Source: a virus (taxonomy: Duplodnaviria > Caudoviricetes). Taken from it: a stretch of DNA of 59,728 nt. Where the stretch lies: positions 1-59,728 of IMG/VR virus record IMGVR_UViG_3300012527_000002, one strand, 5' to 3'. Below are positions 42,743-52,350 of this stretch, piece after piece; position 1 is the stretch's first letter, and each line of letters starts with the position of its first letter. The notes below the pieces were generated by a model. That model was not told where the DNA came from. It worked only from the letters and a program-made list of their open reading frames with translations, and made no database searches. The position numbers were made by a program, and so were the translations under genes.

Positions 42743-44875
42743 CTACCCTACGTCGGAATTGACCTGTGACAGCCGGTCGAAGACGTTGACCGGGGCGATT
42801 ATCACAGAACCTAGTTCCTGTCCCCGTGGTTTCGCCGCGGCCCACTCCGGCCGGGCGTCGACCCAATTTATCGGACGGTCGGCCTTCAGCGCTTCGCGGG
42901 CAACCTCGCACGCTACCCAGCCGTCCCAGGTCTCGTTCCGCCGCGCCGACGGAATCCACTCTCCATTCGTGAAGCGCTCCGACGTCAATTCCTGAAAATA
43001 CCGCGGCGACAGGTGCACCGGCATGTGCATGCGGCCCGGCCCCGGCTCTTCGATCTTCATGCGCGCAGCGATGATGCGCTTGATCTCGCTGACATTCGGA
43101 TAGCGTTCGAACACCGCCACCGGCAGGTTCTTGCCGGCGTCGTCGAATTCCACAGCTTTCGACCGGCCGCCATAGGTCTCGCCCGACGCACGCCCCTGCA
43201 TGAGCATGACCTGGTAGGGCTGCACCATCCGGCCCTTTCCGCGCGTCAACAGGTTCGCCAGCCACTTGCGCCCGTTGTTCGTCACACCCGGATTACCGGA
43301 ATTGTTCACGACGGTCTTGGCGATCGGCATGAACAATTCGTCAAGCCCGGCCTCGAGTCGCTGCGGGTTGGCCATGAGCGGGTAGCTCGAGGCTATGACC
43401 GCCTCTTCGATGACATCCCAATCGGTGAGCCGGTTGGCTGGATCGATGTTGTCGAATGCGCCGTGCCGGCCGAACGACGGCCATTGCTTGATCGCGTAGC
43501 GGTCGATCAGCCAGCTTTCGCGATCGAGGGACCACCCGACGACGACGACTTCGAACCGGTCGCCCTGGACGTCGACAAACGCGGTAATGAACATGACGCC
43601 CGGCGGCACGACCTTCAGCGGGTAGTGGTCAGAGATCCGCGCCTGCACCACGCGCCACGAATCCATCTGCTCTTCAGGCTTCGTGCTGCGGGGCGTCTCG
43701 CCGAGCTTCTTCACCACGACTTCGCGAAAGTGCGTGTCGCGGCCCGTCGCATCGAGGGTGAGCTTGGCCGCCGCCCAATCGCGCGCGGTATCGTTGAATT
43801 TCACGAACGGGGCCATGAATGCGTGGATGACGAACCCCATCGTCCGCGAGACGCGCGCCTCGCCTTTCATCTTGCCGCTCGGCAACCAGACCTGGTGCGG
43901 CTGGAGCCACCGGCCGGCGTTCATGATCCCCAGCCGCTCGGTGTGGTCGAAGCGCGCGCGGCACTGTTCGTTGGGGCATACCAACCGGACATGCTCGGCG
44001 ACGTGATCGAGGAACGGCACCCGGTCCATTTCGTCGGCGAGCCCCATCATCTCCGGCACGTTCCACCGCCACCGCGGCTTGTCTGCCTCTTCGGCTTCGA
44101 CCGCCGGCGACGCAGAGTGCCCGCATTTCGGGCACCGCGCGAACCACAGGTGCAGGAGCGAGTCCTTCAGGATCAAGTCGATTCCGCCGTCCGGGCCGGC
44201 GTCCGGGTGAGAGCACAGATACGCCTTTGCCGAGTTGCCGAATTCCTCCTGGCGCGACGTCACCAGCGTCATGATCGCATCGCGGACCTTCTTCACATAG
44301 GCGTCGATTTCGTCCGCCACGATCGTCGGCGCCGCCTTGGCGCGCAGCGCGCGGCTGGTGGCCGGCCGCCACAGCGCAAGCGAGCGGCCGATGCGCTTGC
44401 GGGTGCGCGATTTGTTGCGGCTGTCCTTCCAATCGATCCGCTCGGCGACTTCATCGTGGATCTCGAGCATCTTTTCGCCGCGCTCATCGATGTAATCGTT
44501 GAGGCTGTCCTGGTCCTGCATGAACCACAGCACGTTCTTCAGCGGGCCATAGGTCCAGTCGCGCAGCACCATATTCTCTGCGCTTACGGTCTTCGCCGAG
44601 CGTGTGTTTCCCTTCACCGCGATCACGCGAACGTCGACGTTATCGCAGGCATCGTTGATGCCGTCGGCATAGGGCGTGAGGTTGGGATCGTAGGGGAAGG
44701 GCTCGCCGCCGGGGTTGACCATCATCCGCTTCGTGCGGGCGAATTCGTTGATGGAGATCGATCGTTGTGGAAGTAGCGCGTCAAGCCTTGCGAGGATTGC
44801 TGCGCTTAGTTTTCCCGTGGGCTGGCGACTTGCCAACCGCGCGAGGCGGCTCTCCAGTTCCCGTGTCGAAAGCAT
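42743..44875 (-). CDS. Terminase large subunit, GpA family
   Basis: LTPY, KGNTRSAKT (Walker A-like), IVADEID (Walker B), CPKC, VDVQGDR, RNETWD. Confidence 0.92.
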   Translation of the reverse strand: MLSTRELESRLARLASRQPTGKLSAAILARLDALLPQRSISINEFARTKRMMVNPGGEPFPYDPNLTPYADGINDACDNVDVRVIAVKGNTRSAKTVSAENMVLRDWTYGPLKNVLWFMQDQDSLNDYIDERGEKMLEIHDEVAERIDWKDSRNKSRTRKRIGRSLALWRPATSRALRAKAAPTIVADEIDAYVKKVRDAIMTLVTSRQEEFGNSAKAYLCSHPDAGPDGGIDLILKDSLLHLWFARCPKCGHSASPAVEAEEADKPRWRWNVPEMMGLADEMDRVPFLDHVAEHVRLVCPNEQCRARFDHTERLGIMNAGRWLQPHQVWLPSGKMKGEARVSRTMGFVIHAFMAPFVKFNDTARDWAAAKLTLDATGRDTHFREVVVKKLGETPRSTKPEEQMDSWRVVQARISDHYPLKVVPPGVMFITAFVDVQGDRFEVVVVGWSLDRESWLIDRYAIKQWPSFGRHGAFDNIDPANRLTDWDVIEEAVIASSYPLMANPQRLEAGLDELFMPIAKTVVNNSGNPGVTNNGRKWLANLLTRGKGRMVQPYQVMLMQGRASGETYGGRSKAVEFDDAGKNLPVAVFERYPNVSEIKRIIAARMKIEEPGPGRMHMPVHLSPRYFQELTSERFTNGEWIPSARRNETWDGWVACEVAREALKADRPINWVDARPEWAAAKPRGQELGSVIIAPVNVFDRLSQVNSDVG

Positions 44876-45467
44876 TTCGGGTCAACCTATGCTTAATTTT
44901 CGAGTGAAATTCCAACAGCTTTTCGTGAGCTCGCGCGTCGAGTTGTGCGCGCATCTCCGGCACCCACAGCCCATGCGGGTCCATATCGTTCGCCAGGTTT
45001 GACATAAATTCTGACAAGTCGGAGAAGATCAGGCCGACTTCACGCGCGATAACGGCGATGCGCTCCCACTCATCGGACTCTCGTTCTCTGGTCTCGATCT
45101 CGGCGGCAAGCTGGTTGGCGCGCGCTAATTCAGCAATCGAGAACGAGCCGGAGATATGCGCCGCCATTTGATCGTTGCCGATCAGTTTTCCTATTCGCTT
45201 TGCCCGGCTGGCGTCGTTCTCGCGGTGGCCCTCGATATGGCCGATCATCGCGCGCAGCGTCTTCAGCGCCGGGTAGTGGTGCTCGTTGCCGATCTTTTCC
45301 TTGAAGTCAGGAAACTTGGCGATCTCGGCGCGCTTGTTCACGAACCGCGGCTTGGTCACTCCCCACAACGCGGCGCATGCCGACAGCGAAAGTGTGTCTC
45401 TTGGCTTCGCCTTCTTCAGCGCCGACCGAAGGTCGAGTAGGCGCTTGGAGTCGGTCTTGTCAGCCAC
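44781..45467 (-). CDS. Terminase small subunit
   Basis: N-terminal HTH-like segment, helical C-terminus, overlaps TerL start. Confidence 0.7.
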   Translation of the reverse strand: MADKTDSKRLLDLRSALKKAKPRDTLSLSACAALWGVTKPRFVNKRAEIAKFPDFKEKIGNEHHYPALKTLRAMIGHIEGHRENDASRAKRIGKLIGNDQMAAHISGSFSIAELARANQLAAEIETRERESDEWERIAVIAREVGLIFSDLSEFMSNLANDMDPHGLWVPEMRAQLDARAHEKLLEFHSKIKHRLTRNAFDTGTGEPPRAVGKSPAHGKTKRSNPRKA

Positions 45468-45867
45468 GCGTGATCGCGAGCAGCGCGAGCAGCCGGTCCC
45501 CTTCCGCCGCGAGCTTGACGGCGCGCGGCTCCACGAAATCCATGATGAACGGCAACAGCCGCTCCGGATATGTGATCTTGCGCCTGGCTTCAGCCATGGC
45601 CTGTCCTAGCAGCGAATAGGGCACGCTGGCCAATTCGAAGAGAAGCTGGTCGCTAAATTCCCGACGCGCTTCAGGCGAGTAGCGGCCCATCGTGAGGCGC
45701 ATGAAGCCGCCGATGTCGTGCTCGATGAGCGCTTCTACAGCATCGTCGGGCGTCTCGCACAGCGGCCGCGCTTCGCCTTCCCAGCCGCGCGCCGCCGCCT
45801 CGAGTTCCCACGAATCGATGTCGAAGTTATCGCGGATTTCCGACGGCTCCTGTCCGTTGGCGAGCAT
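45460..45867 (-). CDS. Putative helicase loader/replication accessory protein
   Basis: Follows the initiator (lambda P position); start uncertain (45975 possible). Confidence 0.5.
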   Translation of the reverse strand: MLANGQEPSEIRDNFDIDSWELEAAARGWEGEARPLCETPDDAVEALIEHDIGGFMRLTMGRYSPEARREFSDQLLFELASVPYSLLGQAMAEARRKITYPERLLPFIMDFVEPRAVKLAAEGDRLLALLAITRG

Positions 45868-46831
45868 TGCGAAAGCGTTCGACTGTGCCACGCGTAGCCG
45901 CTGCGGCTGGCCCCAGCACTTCTCCGGTGTGTGGATCGAAACTGCCGTTGTCGGCTCTGTCGTCGGCGTATCCATCGTTGATGACCTCTCGGAAAATATG
46001 TGGCTTCAGTAGGCGTCCTATTGTCAGGCGAAAGCGAGTGTTCCGGCCCATGCCAGGCGGCAACTGGCCGGTGAGGAATCGGGACTGCCTGATCTTCTCG
46101 AAAACCGTCTGCCAGACCTCATGCGGCGTCTCGCCGGGCAGCGCGTGTTCCTTGGCCCTGTCCTTGACCAGCCGGAGCATCGAGTCTGTCAACACGCGGC
46201 AACTGCCGATCGTGGGGATGTCGGCCTTCAGCCGGTCCCACTCCTGCTTGACGAACACCTGAAGAGGGACCGAGTCGATGGTGGCGAGCGCCGTTTCGGC
46301 GCCCTTCGACTCTGGGGGTTCTTCTATTGGAGGTTCTACTGATGGTTTGGGTGCCAGCCTGTCACCCACTTTCGGCACAGATGTCACCCCTCCTGCATCA
46401 ATGTCACCCCTGCCTTCGTCGACGTCCTGCACAGATGTCACCCCTCCGATCTGGTCGAAAAGGTCCATCTCTTCTTCGTTGGCCGGCTCGTCGAAGAGCG
46501 GCTTTTTCGACTTCTTCAACTCGCCCTGGGGCAGCATCTCGAGGTTGAAAATATACTGCGACGAATTGTTTCGCCTGAAGTGCCGCCGAATGATCCGGAG
46601 CCGGAGTGCCTGCTTGATCGCGCGCTGCACGGATCGCTCGGTGAGCATGGTCCGCTGCGCGATAGTCTCGATCGAGGGCCAGCAATAACCCTGGTCGTTC
46701 GCATTGTCCGCAAGCGAGATCAGCACCCATTTGAGCACCCGGCCGGACCCCGGCAATTCTTCCTTCAGGGGATCAAGCAAGTCGTCGAAGTCTTCGCGCC
46801 ACCAGATGCGCGTCATGATGTGGTTACTCAT
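45827..46831 (-). CDS. Replication initiator (HTH_36-type, lambda O-like)
   Basis: LADNANDQGYCWPSIETIAQRT..ERSVQRAI; internal iterons. Confidence 0.85.
   Translation of the reverse strand: MSNHIMTRIWWREDFDDLLDPLKEELPGSGRVLKWVLISLADNANDQGYCWPSIETIAQRTMLTERSVQRAIKQALRLRIIRRHFRRNNSSQYIFNLEMLPQGELKKSKKPLFDEPANEEEMDLFDQIGGVTSVQDVDEGRGDIDAGGVTSVPKVGDRLAPKPSVEPPIEEPPESKGAETALATIDSVPLQVFVKQEWDRLKADIPTIGSCRVLTDSMLRLVKDRAKEHALPGETPHEVWQTVFEKIRQSRFLTGQLPPGMGRNTRFRLTIGRLLKPHIFREVINDGYADDRADNGSFDPHTGEVLGPAAAATRGTVERFRNARQRTGAVGNPR
46360..46447. repeat. Iterons / replication origin
   Basis: TGTCACCC at 46360, 46382, 46402, 46436 (GCACAGATGTCACCCCTCC twice) next to an AT-richer stretch. Confidence 0.75.
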
Positions 46832-46853
46832 CGTGCAGTCTTTCGGTTGGCGG

Positions 46854-48311
46854 TCAAATCAGGAGCGGGTCGGCTTCATTATCGTATTCGTTGAACCCGC
46901 CGGAGCGGACCGCCGAATAGGTCGGAAGGAATTTGCAGGTGCGTGTCGACACGCGGCCGTGCCGGTTCTTGGCGAAGATCAGGTCCATCTTGCCCCGGCT
47001 GGCCTCCATCTCCTGTTGCCACTCTTCCAGCGCATCGCGCTTGTCGGGCGTCTTGTCGCCTGGCTTGGGCTTGTCCTGCTCGAGATAGTATTCCTCGCGG
47101 TAGAGCAGCGTGACCGAGTCGGCATCCTGCTCGAGATCGCCGCTTTCCTTCAGGTCGGACATGAGCGGGCGCTTCGAATGCCGCTGTTCGACGCCCCGGG
47201 ATAGCTGCGCCAGGGCGATGAGGGCGATGTCCAGATCTTGCGCCATGCCCTTCAGCGCAATCGACACGGCGCTCACCCGGTCATAGCCCTTGGTGAGCGG
47301 CTTGCCGTCGGCAGAGTGCGCGCCGAGCAACCCAAGGTAGTCGACGATCAGGAATTCCATCTCGCGGCCCTGCGCCTTGAACAGCGCCTTTTGCTGCGCC
47401 GCAAGCGAGTAGACCCGGCGGACGTCGACACGGCCGGGCGCGACGTAGCGCACGGGGAGCAATTCGGCGCGCGCTTCGACCTTGGCGAGCATGGCCATTT
47501 GCTCGCGGCTGGGAATGCCCTTCTTCAGCACCGAATGCTCGATAGGCATGCCCATGGCGTGCGCGATGTCGGCAGTCAGGCGAAGGCCCATCTGCTCGGC
47601 CTGCATCTCGTGGTTGAGATACATGCCCGCATGGCCGCGCAGGGCGTAACCTAGCGCCAGCGACGATGCGAGCGCCGACTTGCCCATCCCAGGGCGGCCG
47701 GCGATGATGTTGTAGGTGCCCCGCTCGAGCGCGCCGAGCCCGCTGTCGAATTCGTCGACGAAGGCGTTGCTGATCCCGGCGGCGCCCGGATCGTCGGCAA
47801 TCCGCTCGATGCGCGCGCGGGCGAGCCCCACGAGACCGCCGGGCGAGTAGGACACGTCTTCCGGGCGCTTGGCCGCGGCCGCCCAGCCGGCGCTTTCCAC
47901 CTTGCCGGTGATCGCGTCGACGGGGATGTCCAGATCGTCGTGGATGCTGTCGATCGCTTCGCGCAGTTTTGTGCGGACGGTCCGGCGGGATGCCAGGTCG
48001 GCGACCTGCGCCGCCAGCGAGTCGATCGCGTTGCGGACCGCCGGCGCCGACACCAGATCGTTGAGATATTCGCCGTAGCGCGCATCCCCGTCGCTCGCGA
48101 ACAGCGGGCGCAGGGTGATCGCCGTGGCCTTCATCCCTTTGGCGGCGAAGCGCAGCATGGCCGAGTAGATCCGGCCGTTGAGCGCATCGGAGAAATCGTC
48201 GGGCGCGACCAGGTCGGCCACGGCGATGATCTTTTCGTTGTCGAGCATGAGCCCGCCGAGAAGGGCGGCTTCGGCGACTTCGTTGATGAGGCGGTCGCCG
48301 GCGCTGCTCAC
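46854..48311 (-). CDS. dnaB: Replicative helicase
   Basis: AGRPGMGKS, IVDYLGL, QLSR, DLKESGDLEQDAD, KNRHG. Confidence 0.95.
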   Translation of the reverse strand: MSSAGDRLINEVAEAALLGGLMLDNEKIIAVADLVAPDDFSDALNGRIYSAMLRFAAKGMKATAITLRPLFASDGDARYGEYLNDLVSAPAVRNAIDSLAAQVADLASRRTVRTKLREAIDSIHDDLDIPVDAITGKVESAGWAAAAKRPEDVSYSPGGLVGLARARIERIADDPGAAGISNAFVDEFDSGLGALERGTYNIIAGRPGMGKSALASSLALGYALRGHAGMYLNHEMQAEQMGLRLTADIAHAMGMPIEHSVLKKGIPSREQMAMLAKVEARAELLPVRYVAPGRVDVRRVYSLAAQQKALFKAQGREMEFLIVDYLGLLGAHSADGKPLTKGYDRVSAVSIALKGMAQDLDIALIALAQLSRGVEQRHSKRPLMSDLKESGDLEQDADSVTLLYREEYYLEQDKPKPGDKTPDKRDALEEWQQEMEASRGKMDLIFAKNRHGRVSTRTCKFLPTYSAVRSGGFNEYDNEADPLLI

Positions 48312-48967
48312 CCCCGCACCGCCGCGTCGACAGCACGCTCGCCTTCACGATGAGACCAGCCGAACGATGTCCACCCCGGGCGCTCGGCGCCGGCGAACAT
48401 ATCGAGATAGGGTCCGTGGGCGTAGTGCGAGACGCGGCGGTAATACTCGGCCGGCTTGCGGCTGTGCTCCGCGCGATTGCTCACGATGACCTGGCGGATG
48501 TCGGCTCGAGCTCGAGAGGGAGATCCTATCCGGCCCAACATGACGTATTCGGCATTCTGGCGCGTCGTAAACCCCATCCCCGTGTGCAGATCGTGCTCGA
48601 GCAGGGGTGTGCTTCGAAGCCTGTCCATGTCGAAGGTGGGGAATGTCTTGATCCAAACGAACGCCGTCGACGAAGGTCGCACGCCCCACGCCCGGAACAG
48701 GCGGTTGTGGACGCCCAAGACCAAGAGCGGGCCGGTAATCCAGAGAAACACGAAGCAGTCAGGCAAGGCGAGTTGCTTGATCGGCAGCGCCTCGATGCGG
48801 TCGATGTCCATCGTCGGGTAATGCTTTTGCGGGCTGCGCTCCGACTCCGGGTTCTGCGACGGCGCGCGGCTGCGGAAGTGCCACGGCGGATCGATCGATA
48901 TGACGCCGAATTTCTCCGTCGGCAGCGGCGGCAGCGGCAGGTTATCGGCTTTGGGGCTGGCGGTCAT
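48308..48967 (-). CDS. MT-A70 family adenine methyltransferase
   Basis: IDPPW, FLW, WIK, GMGFTTRQNAE, HSRKP. Confidence 0.9.
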   Translation of the reverse strand: MTASPKADNLPLPPLPTEKFGVISIDPPWHFRSRAPSQNPESERSPQKHYPTMDIDRIEALPIKQLALPDCFVFLWITGPLLVLGVHNRLFRAWGVRPSSTAFVWIKTFPTFDMDRLRSTPLLEHDLHTGMGFTTRQNAEYVMLGRIGSPSRARADIRQVIVSNRAEHSRKPAEYYRRVSHYAHGPYLDMFAGAERPGWTSFGWSHREGERAVDAAVRG

Positions 48968-49554
48968 CGTTCCATCGACTTCATCAAGAGGGCATCGCGC
49001 CAAGGGCGCTTATAGTGCGGGATCATGGACAGGCCGAAGTCGAGGATCCCGAGTGCTTCCGCCGCGTCGGCAACATCTGTGTGCCAGCCAAATTCGGCGC
49101 ACTTCTGGATTGCCAGTTCCTTCGGGTCTTCGCCGGGGAGGTATCTCTTGTCGGCGCCGCGCTTGAAGCCCGCTCCGCGTCCGATGAAGTGCTTGCGCCA
49201 TTCCGAGATGTGGACCTTGTAGCACCACGATTTCTTCTGGCCCGGCGGGCGGGTCTGGTAGGCAAATTTTTCGACAACCCCGCCGAGGGCGATCAGCCGG
49301 TAGACGGTGTCGATATTGATCTTCATGCCGACGTGCTGCGCTTCGAAGAAGAAGTGCGTGATCGGCAGGCCCTTGGCCTTCGTGTCGACGAATATCTGGC
49401 GCAGCCAACGCTCGAGCGCATCGGCGGGACGCCCTACCTCGCCCGGGTCGCCGGGGAGCCGGAACGCGCCGAAGAAAGGGCGTGGCATACCTTCCGCATG
49501 CCACGCCCATCCTGTCGTCGTCGCCAGATCGAGGGCGAGCGCCGATATTTTCAT
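48964..49554 (-). CDS. RuvC-like resolvase/nuclease
   Basis: ALDLATTTGWA, FFE, DAAEALGI. Confidence 0.75.
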   Translation of the reverse strand: MKISALALDLATTTGWAWHAEGMPRPFFGAFRLPGDPGEVGRPADALERWLRQIFVDTKAKGLPITHFFFEAQHVGMKINIDTVYRLIALGGVVEKFAYQTRPPGQKKSWCYKVHISEWRKHFIGRGAGFKRGADKRYLPGEDPKELAIQKCAEFGWHTDVADAAEALGILDFGLSMIPHYKRPWRDALLMKSMER

Positions 49555-50138
49555 GCGTTGCCGTCGGCCAGGTCGAAATTGTAGCCGGTGTAGGGCTCGG
49601 GCGCAGGGCCGGACCCGAACGCCTTCTTCGCCCGCCCAACGGCCTTCTTCTCGGCCGACTCGGCGCGCGGCTTCTGCGCGGCCAACTCTTCAGAGCTCGC
49701 CTCTTCGAACGGGTCGTCGTCGGTCGGCTTCTCGCCGTCGTCGGCGAATTCTTCGATCGCGTCGTCGATCCCACCTTCCTCGCCGTCATCGCCCGCTCCG
49801 GCGCCGAATCGCATGGACACGACGTTGTCACTGGCCTGGTCGACCAGATCAGCGCCTTCCTTGGCGAAGCCGGCCGCGTCGAGCAGGCCGTTGAGATCGC
49901 GGAACACGAGCAGCGCGCCTTCAGGCTCGAGCTTCGACAGGCCGTGGAATATCTTGGCGGCGGCTTTGTTGACGCCGTGCACGCCCTCGCACTTGGCGTA
50001 GATGTCGCCGATTTCGCTCGAGATCGACTTCTGCTTGTCGGACTTGGCCTTGATCGCCTTCATGCGATTGACCGCGCCGCGGTAGTCTGTCGGGCGCATG
50101 TCGGCCGCGACCGTATCCCTGCCTGCTGTTCTAGCCAT
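49551..50138 (-). CDS. GapR-like DNA-binding protein with acidic tail
   Basis: KQKSISSEIGDIYAKCEGVHGVNKAAAK resembles the GapR/DUF2312 core. Confidence 0.6.
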   Translation of the reverse strand: MARTAGRDTVAADMRPTDYRGAVNRMKAIKAKSDKQKSISSEIGDIYAKCEGVHGVNKAAAKIFHGLSKLEPEGALLVFRDLNGLLDAAGFAKEGADLVDQASDNVVSMRFGAGAGDDGEEGGIDDAIEEFADDGEKPTDDDPFEEASSEELAAQKPRAESAEKKAVGRAKKAFGSGPAPEPYTGYNFDLADGNA

Positions 50139-50182
50139 GGGGCTTTCCTCATTGGCCACGCGCACCACGCGCACGGCTTCGC

Positions 50183-50386
50183 TTATGCCGCTTCGTCGGC
50201 GGCGAAATCACTCATATCGTGGTTAAGCGACTCCCCCAGCAAAACCATCGCCTTGCGATATTGCCGGGGGATGCCTTTGACGCGCCAGTAGTAGACGTTC
50301 TGGCGCGTGATCCGGAAGTGCTCGACGAGCGCAGCCGTCCCGATTCGGTCGATGACTGTCAGGTCCGATACTGTGCTGGTGGTCAT
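50183..50386 (-). CDS. Cro-like HTH protein
   Basis: IGTAALVEHFRITRQNVYYWRVKGIP; ends EAA. Confidence 0.75.
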   Translation of the reverse strand: MTTSTVSDLTVIDRIGTAALVEHFRITRQNVYYWRVKGIPRQYRKAMVLLGESLNHDMSDFAADEAA

Positions 50387-50393
50387 GAAGCCC

Positions 50394-50471
50394 CGCCTAA
50401 TGGGGCTGAAGCGGGTTGTAAAGCGGGCTTTACGATTTCCTCTTGCACCCCGGCTTTAAGCCCGCCATACG
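50394..50471. promoter_or_regulatory. Divergent promoters with palindromic operator
   Basis: - strand TTTACA-N17-TAGGCG (leaderless start at 50386); + strand TTGCAC-N17-CATACG; palindrome GTAAAGC-GG-GCTTTAC 50418-50433. Confidence 0.7.
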
Positions 50472-50516
50472 GTTGCGGCGCGGCAACGCGTAGACCACCA
50501 ACCGGAGCGGGCCGCC

Positions 50517-50804
50517 GTGCTCGCTGTCGCATTCCCCGCCCCGTGCGTTCGGTGTGCCCGCTCCATAATCGCGAGAGAGCCTTTGGCAGATAAAGTCGCC
50601 CGATTCGTCGGCGGGCCGCTGGACGGCAAATCACAGATCTTGCGCGTCGACCTCGAGAACATCGAGTATGTCGACGCCCCGGACGGGCACGGCGAACGCA
50701 TCATGGAGCGCCCGGACCCGCCGAGTCGTGCGGCCCTGGACGCAGGACGGCATTTCTATCGCCGGTCGGTGAAAAGCGCCGACGTCTACGTCTACCAGCC
50801 ATGA
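50517..50804 (+). CDS. Hypothetical protein
   Basis: FVGGPLDG motif. Confidence 0.6.
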   Translation: MLAVAFPAPCVRCARSIIAREPLADKVARFVGGPLDGKSQILRVDLENIEYVDAPDGHGERIMERPDPPSRAALDAGRHFYRRSVKSADVYVYQP

Positions 50805-51199
50805 TCCCCGATCCTTTCATCCACGCCCGCGGCGGCGCCGACCCGCTGATCGAGGGCTTCTACCTGATCCGCATGGACCGTTCGCGGCGCGTCAGCGTGC
50901 CGGTCCGTGTCTGGTATGGCCCGCCGACCGATCCTGTGACCGGCGAAGAATTCGACCGGTCGCCACGGTGGCAGATCCAGGTCGGTTTCCAGCGACTTGA
51001 AGACCAGCCGATCCGTGTTGGGCCGCTGCGCTTCGACACGCTGGACGATGTCTGGCCGCGCTGCGCGAAGGATCCGATCGACGAAGTCGACTACCGCTAC
51101 CGGCTAGAGCGGGCCGAGTGGGCGGCGGGGAACGACGAGACGGACCCCTACTCGCAGCTTGGGGGGCGCATCGATCCGATGACGTGCGCGCTGCCATGA
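50801..51199 (+). CDS. Hypothetical protein
   Basis: WYGPPTDPVTGEEFDRSPRW; ATGA coupling. Confidence 0.7.
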   Translation: MIPDPFIHARGGADPLIEGFYLIRMDRSRRVSVPVRVWYGPPTDPVTGEEFDRSPRWQIQVGFQRLEDQPIRVGPLRFDTLDDVWPRCAKDPIDEVDYRYRLERAEWAAGNDETDPYSQLGGRIDPMTCALP

Positions 51200-51363
51200 A
51201 AAAGGAGTTTCGCCTGCATCCCAAAATAAAGGCTCCGGTCCGCCTGTGCGGGATCGTGGAAGGAAGCGCGATCGTCCGCCGGCCAGGCGCATATATGTTC
51301 GCTGTGCCCCTGCGCGACTGGAATAAGTGGATAGTCGTCGATCGTGACGGAACGCCGCTGTGA
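51196..51363 (+). CDS. Small hypothetical protein
   Basis: ATGA/GTGA coupling. Confidence 0.55.
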   Translation: MKKEFRLHPKIKAPVRLCGIVEGSAIVRRPGAYMFAVPLRDWNKWIVVDRDGTPL

Positions 51364-52118
51364 GCATGATCCCTGACGAGCGCCCGTCGCCACCCGCGCC
51401 TGCTGGCCACAACCTTGCGCCGAGCCCGGTCGACGCCGTGATCGCGGCGCAACGCGAGGCACAGACGCCGGCGAAATCCGAGCGCATCGCCTATATCGTC
51501 GGCAAGGCCAACGCCAAGGCGATTGTCGACCGGCTGACCGCGGGCGAGGCTGGCGACATCATCAAGGTCGCTCGCGAAGTCGAGCAGGCGCTCGAGCGCG
51601 ACCGCATCGATCTCACCAAGCCCTATCGGGAGGCGGCCGACGCCGGAAAGGCCGAATGCGACCGCTTCCTCGAGCCGCTGCGCGTTGCTGCCGACACGCT
51701 GGCCGGCCGGCTCGAGCAATGGTCTGCCGAAGAGGACAAGCGCATCGCCGAACAGGCGGCGGAGCAGGACGCGTTCTTCGCCGCGCAAGGGCCGGCGAAG
51801 GAAATCGACCCGAATGACACTTCAATCCAGTGGGAAACCCGTCAGGGCCGTAGCGAGCAAAGGAATGGGCCGGACGCGACCGCTCCCCCGCTGAAGCCGG
51901 CGCGGCGCAGCAAGATCGTCGGCGACCTTGGCGCGCGCGTCACCCAGGCCGAGATCAAGCACCACCGCGTCACCGACATCCGCGCGGTGCCAGACTTCAT
52001 CATGAATTCGCCGACGGTGCATGCCGCTGTGATCCAGGTTGTGCGGTCTATGGCCAAGCACCTGCCCACCATCCCCGGGATCGAAACCACTGTCGGCACC
52101 GGGGTCCGCGTAAAATGA
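51360..52118 (+). CDS. Coiled-coil protein of the recombination module
   Basis: GHN N-terminus, ER..LTKPY helix, IPGIE C-terminus. Confidence 0.7.
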   Translation: MSMIPDERPSPPAPAGHNLAPSPVDAVIAAQREAQTPAKSERIAYIVGKANAKAIVDRLTAGEAGDIIKVAREVEQALERDRIDLTKPYREAADAGKAECDRFLEPLRVAADTLAGRLEQWSAEEDKRIAEQAAEQDAFFAAQGPAKEIDPNDTSIQWETRQGRSEQRNGPDATAPPLKPARRSKIVGDLGARVTQAEIKHHRVTDIRAVPDFIMNSPTVHAAVIQVVRSMAKHLPTIPGIETTVGTGVRVK

Positions 52119-52134
52119 CAGGAAGGATCGAGGC

Positions 52135-52350
52135 ATGAGAGCCACTGACATGACCGACACGAACAGCGCAGCATCGCGCGAGCGCGAGGGGCTGGCGGAG
52201 CAACTAGCAATCGAGGTTGCAGGGATAGACTCAGCGATCAAAGAAGGTTGCCCGGAAATCAACGCCTATGCGCGCGTCGGCAAAACGACAGTGGGCAATA
52301 TCCGGACCATCATCGCCGCCCTCATCGGCGGCGCAGGAGCCGCCAAGTGA
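52135..52350 (+). CDS. Small hypothetical protein
   Basis: RBS GAGG. Confidence 0.5.
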   Translation: MRATDMTDTNSAASREREGLAEQLAIEVAGIDSAIKEGCPEINAYARVGKTTVGNIRTIIAALIGGAGAAK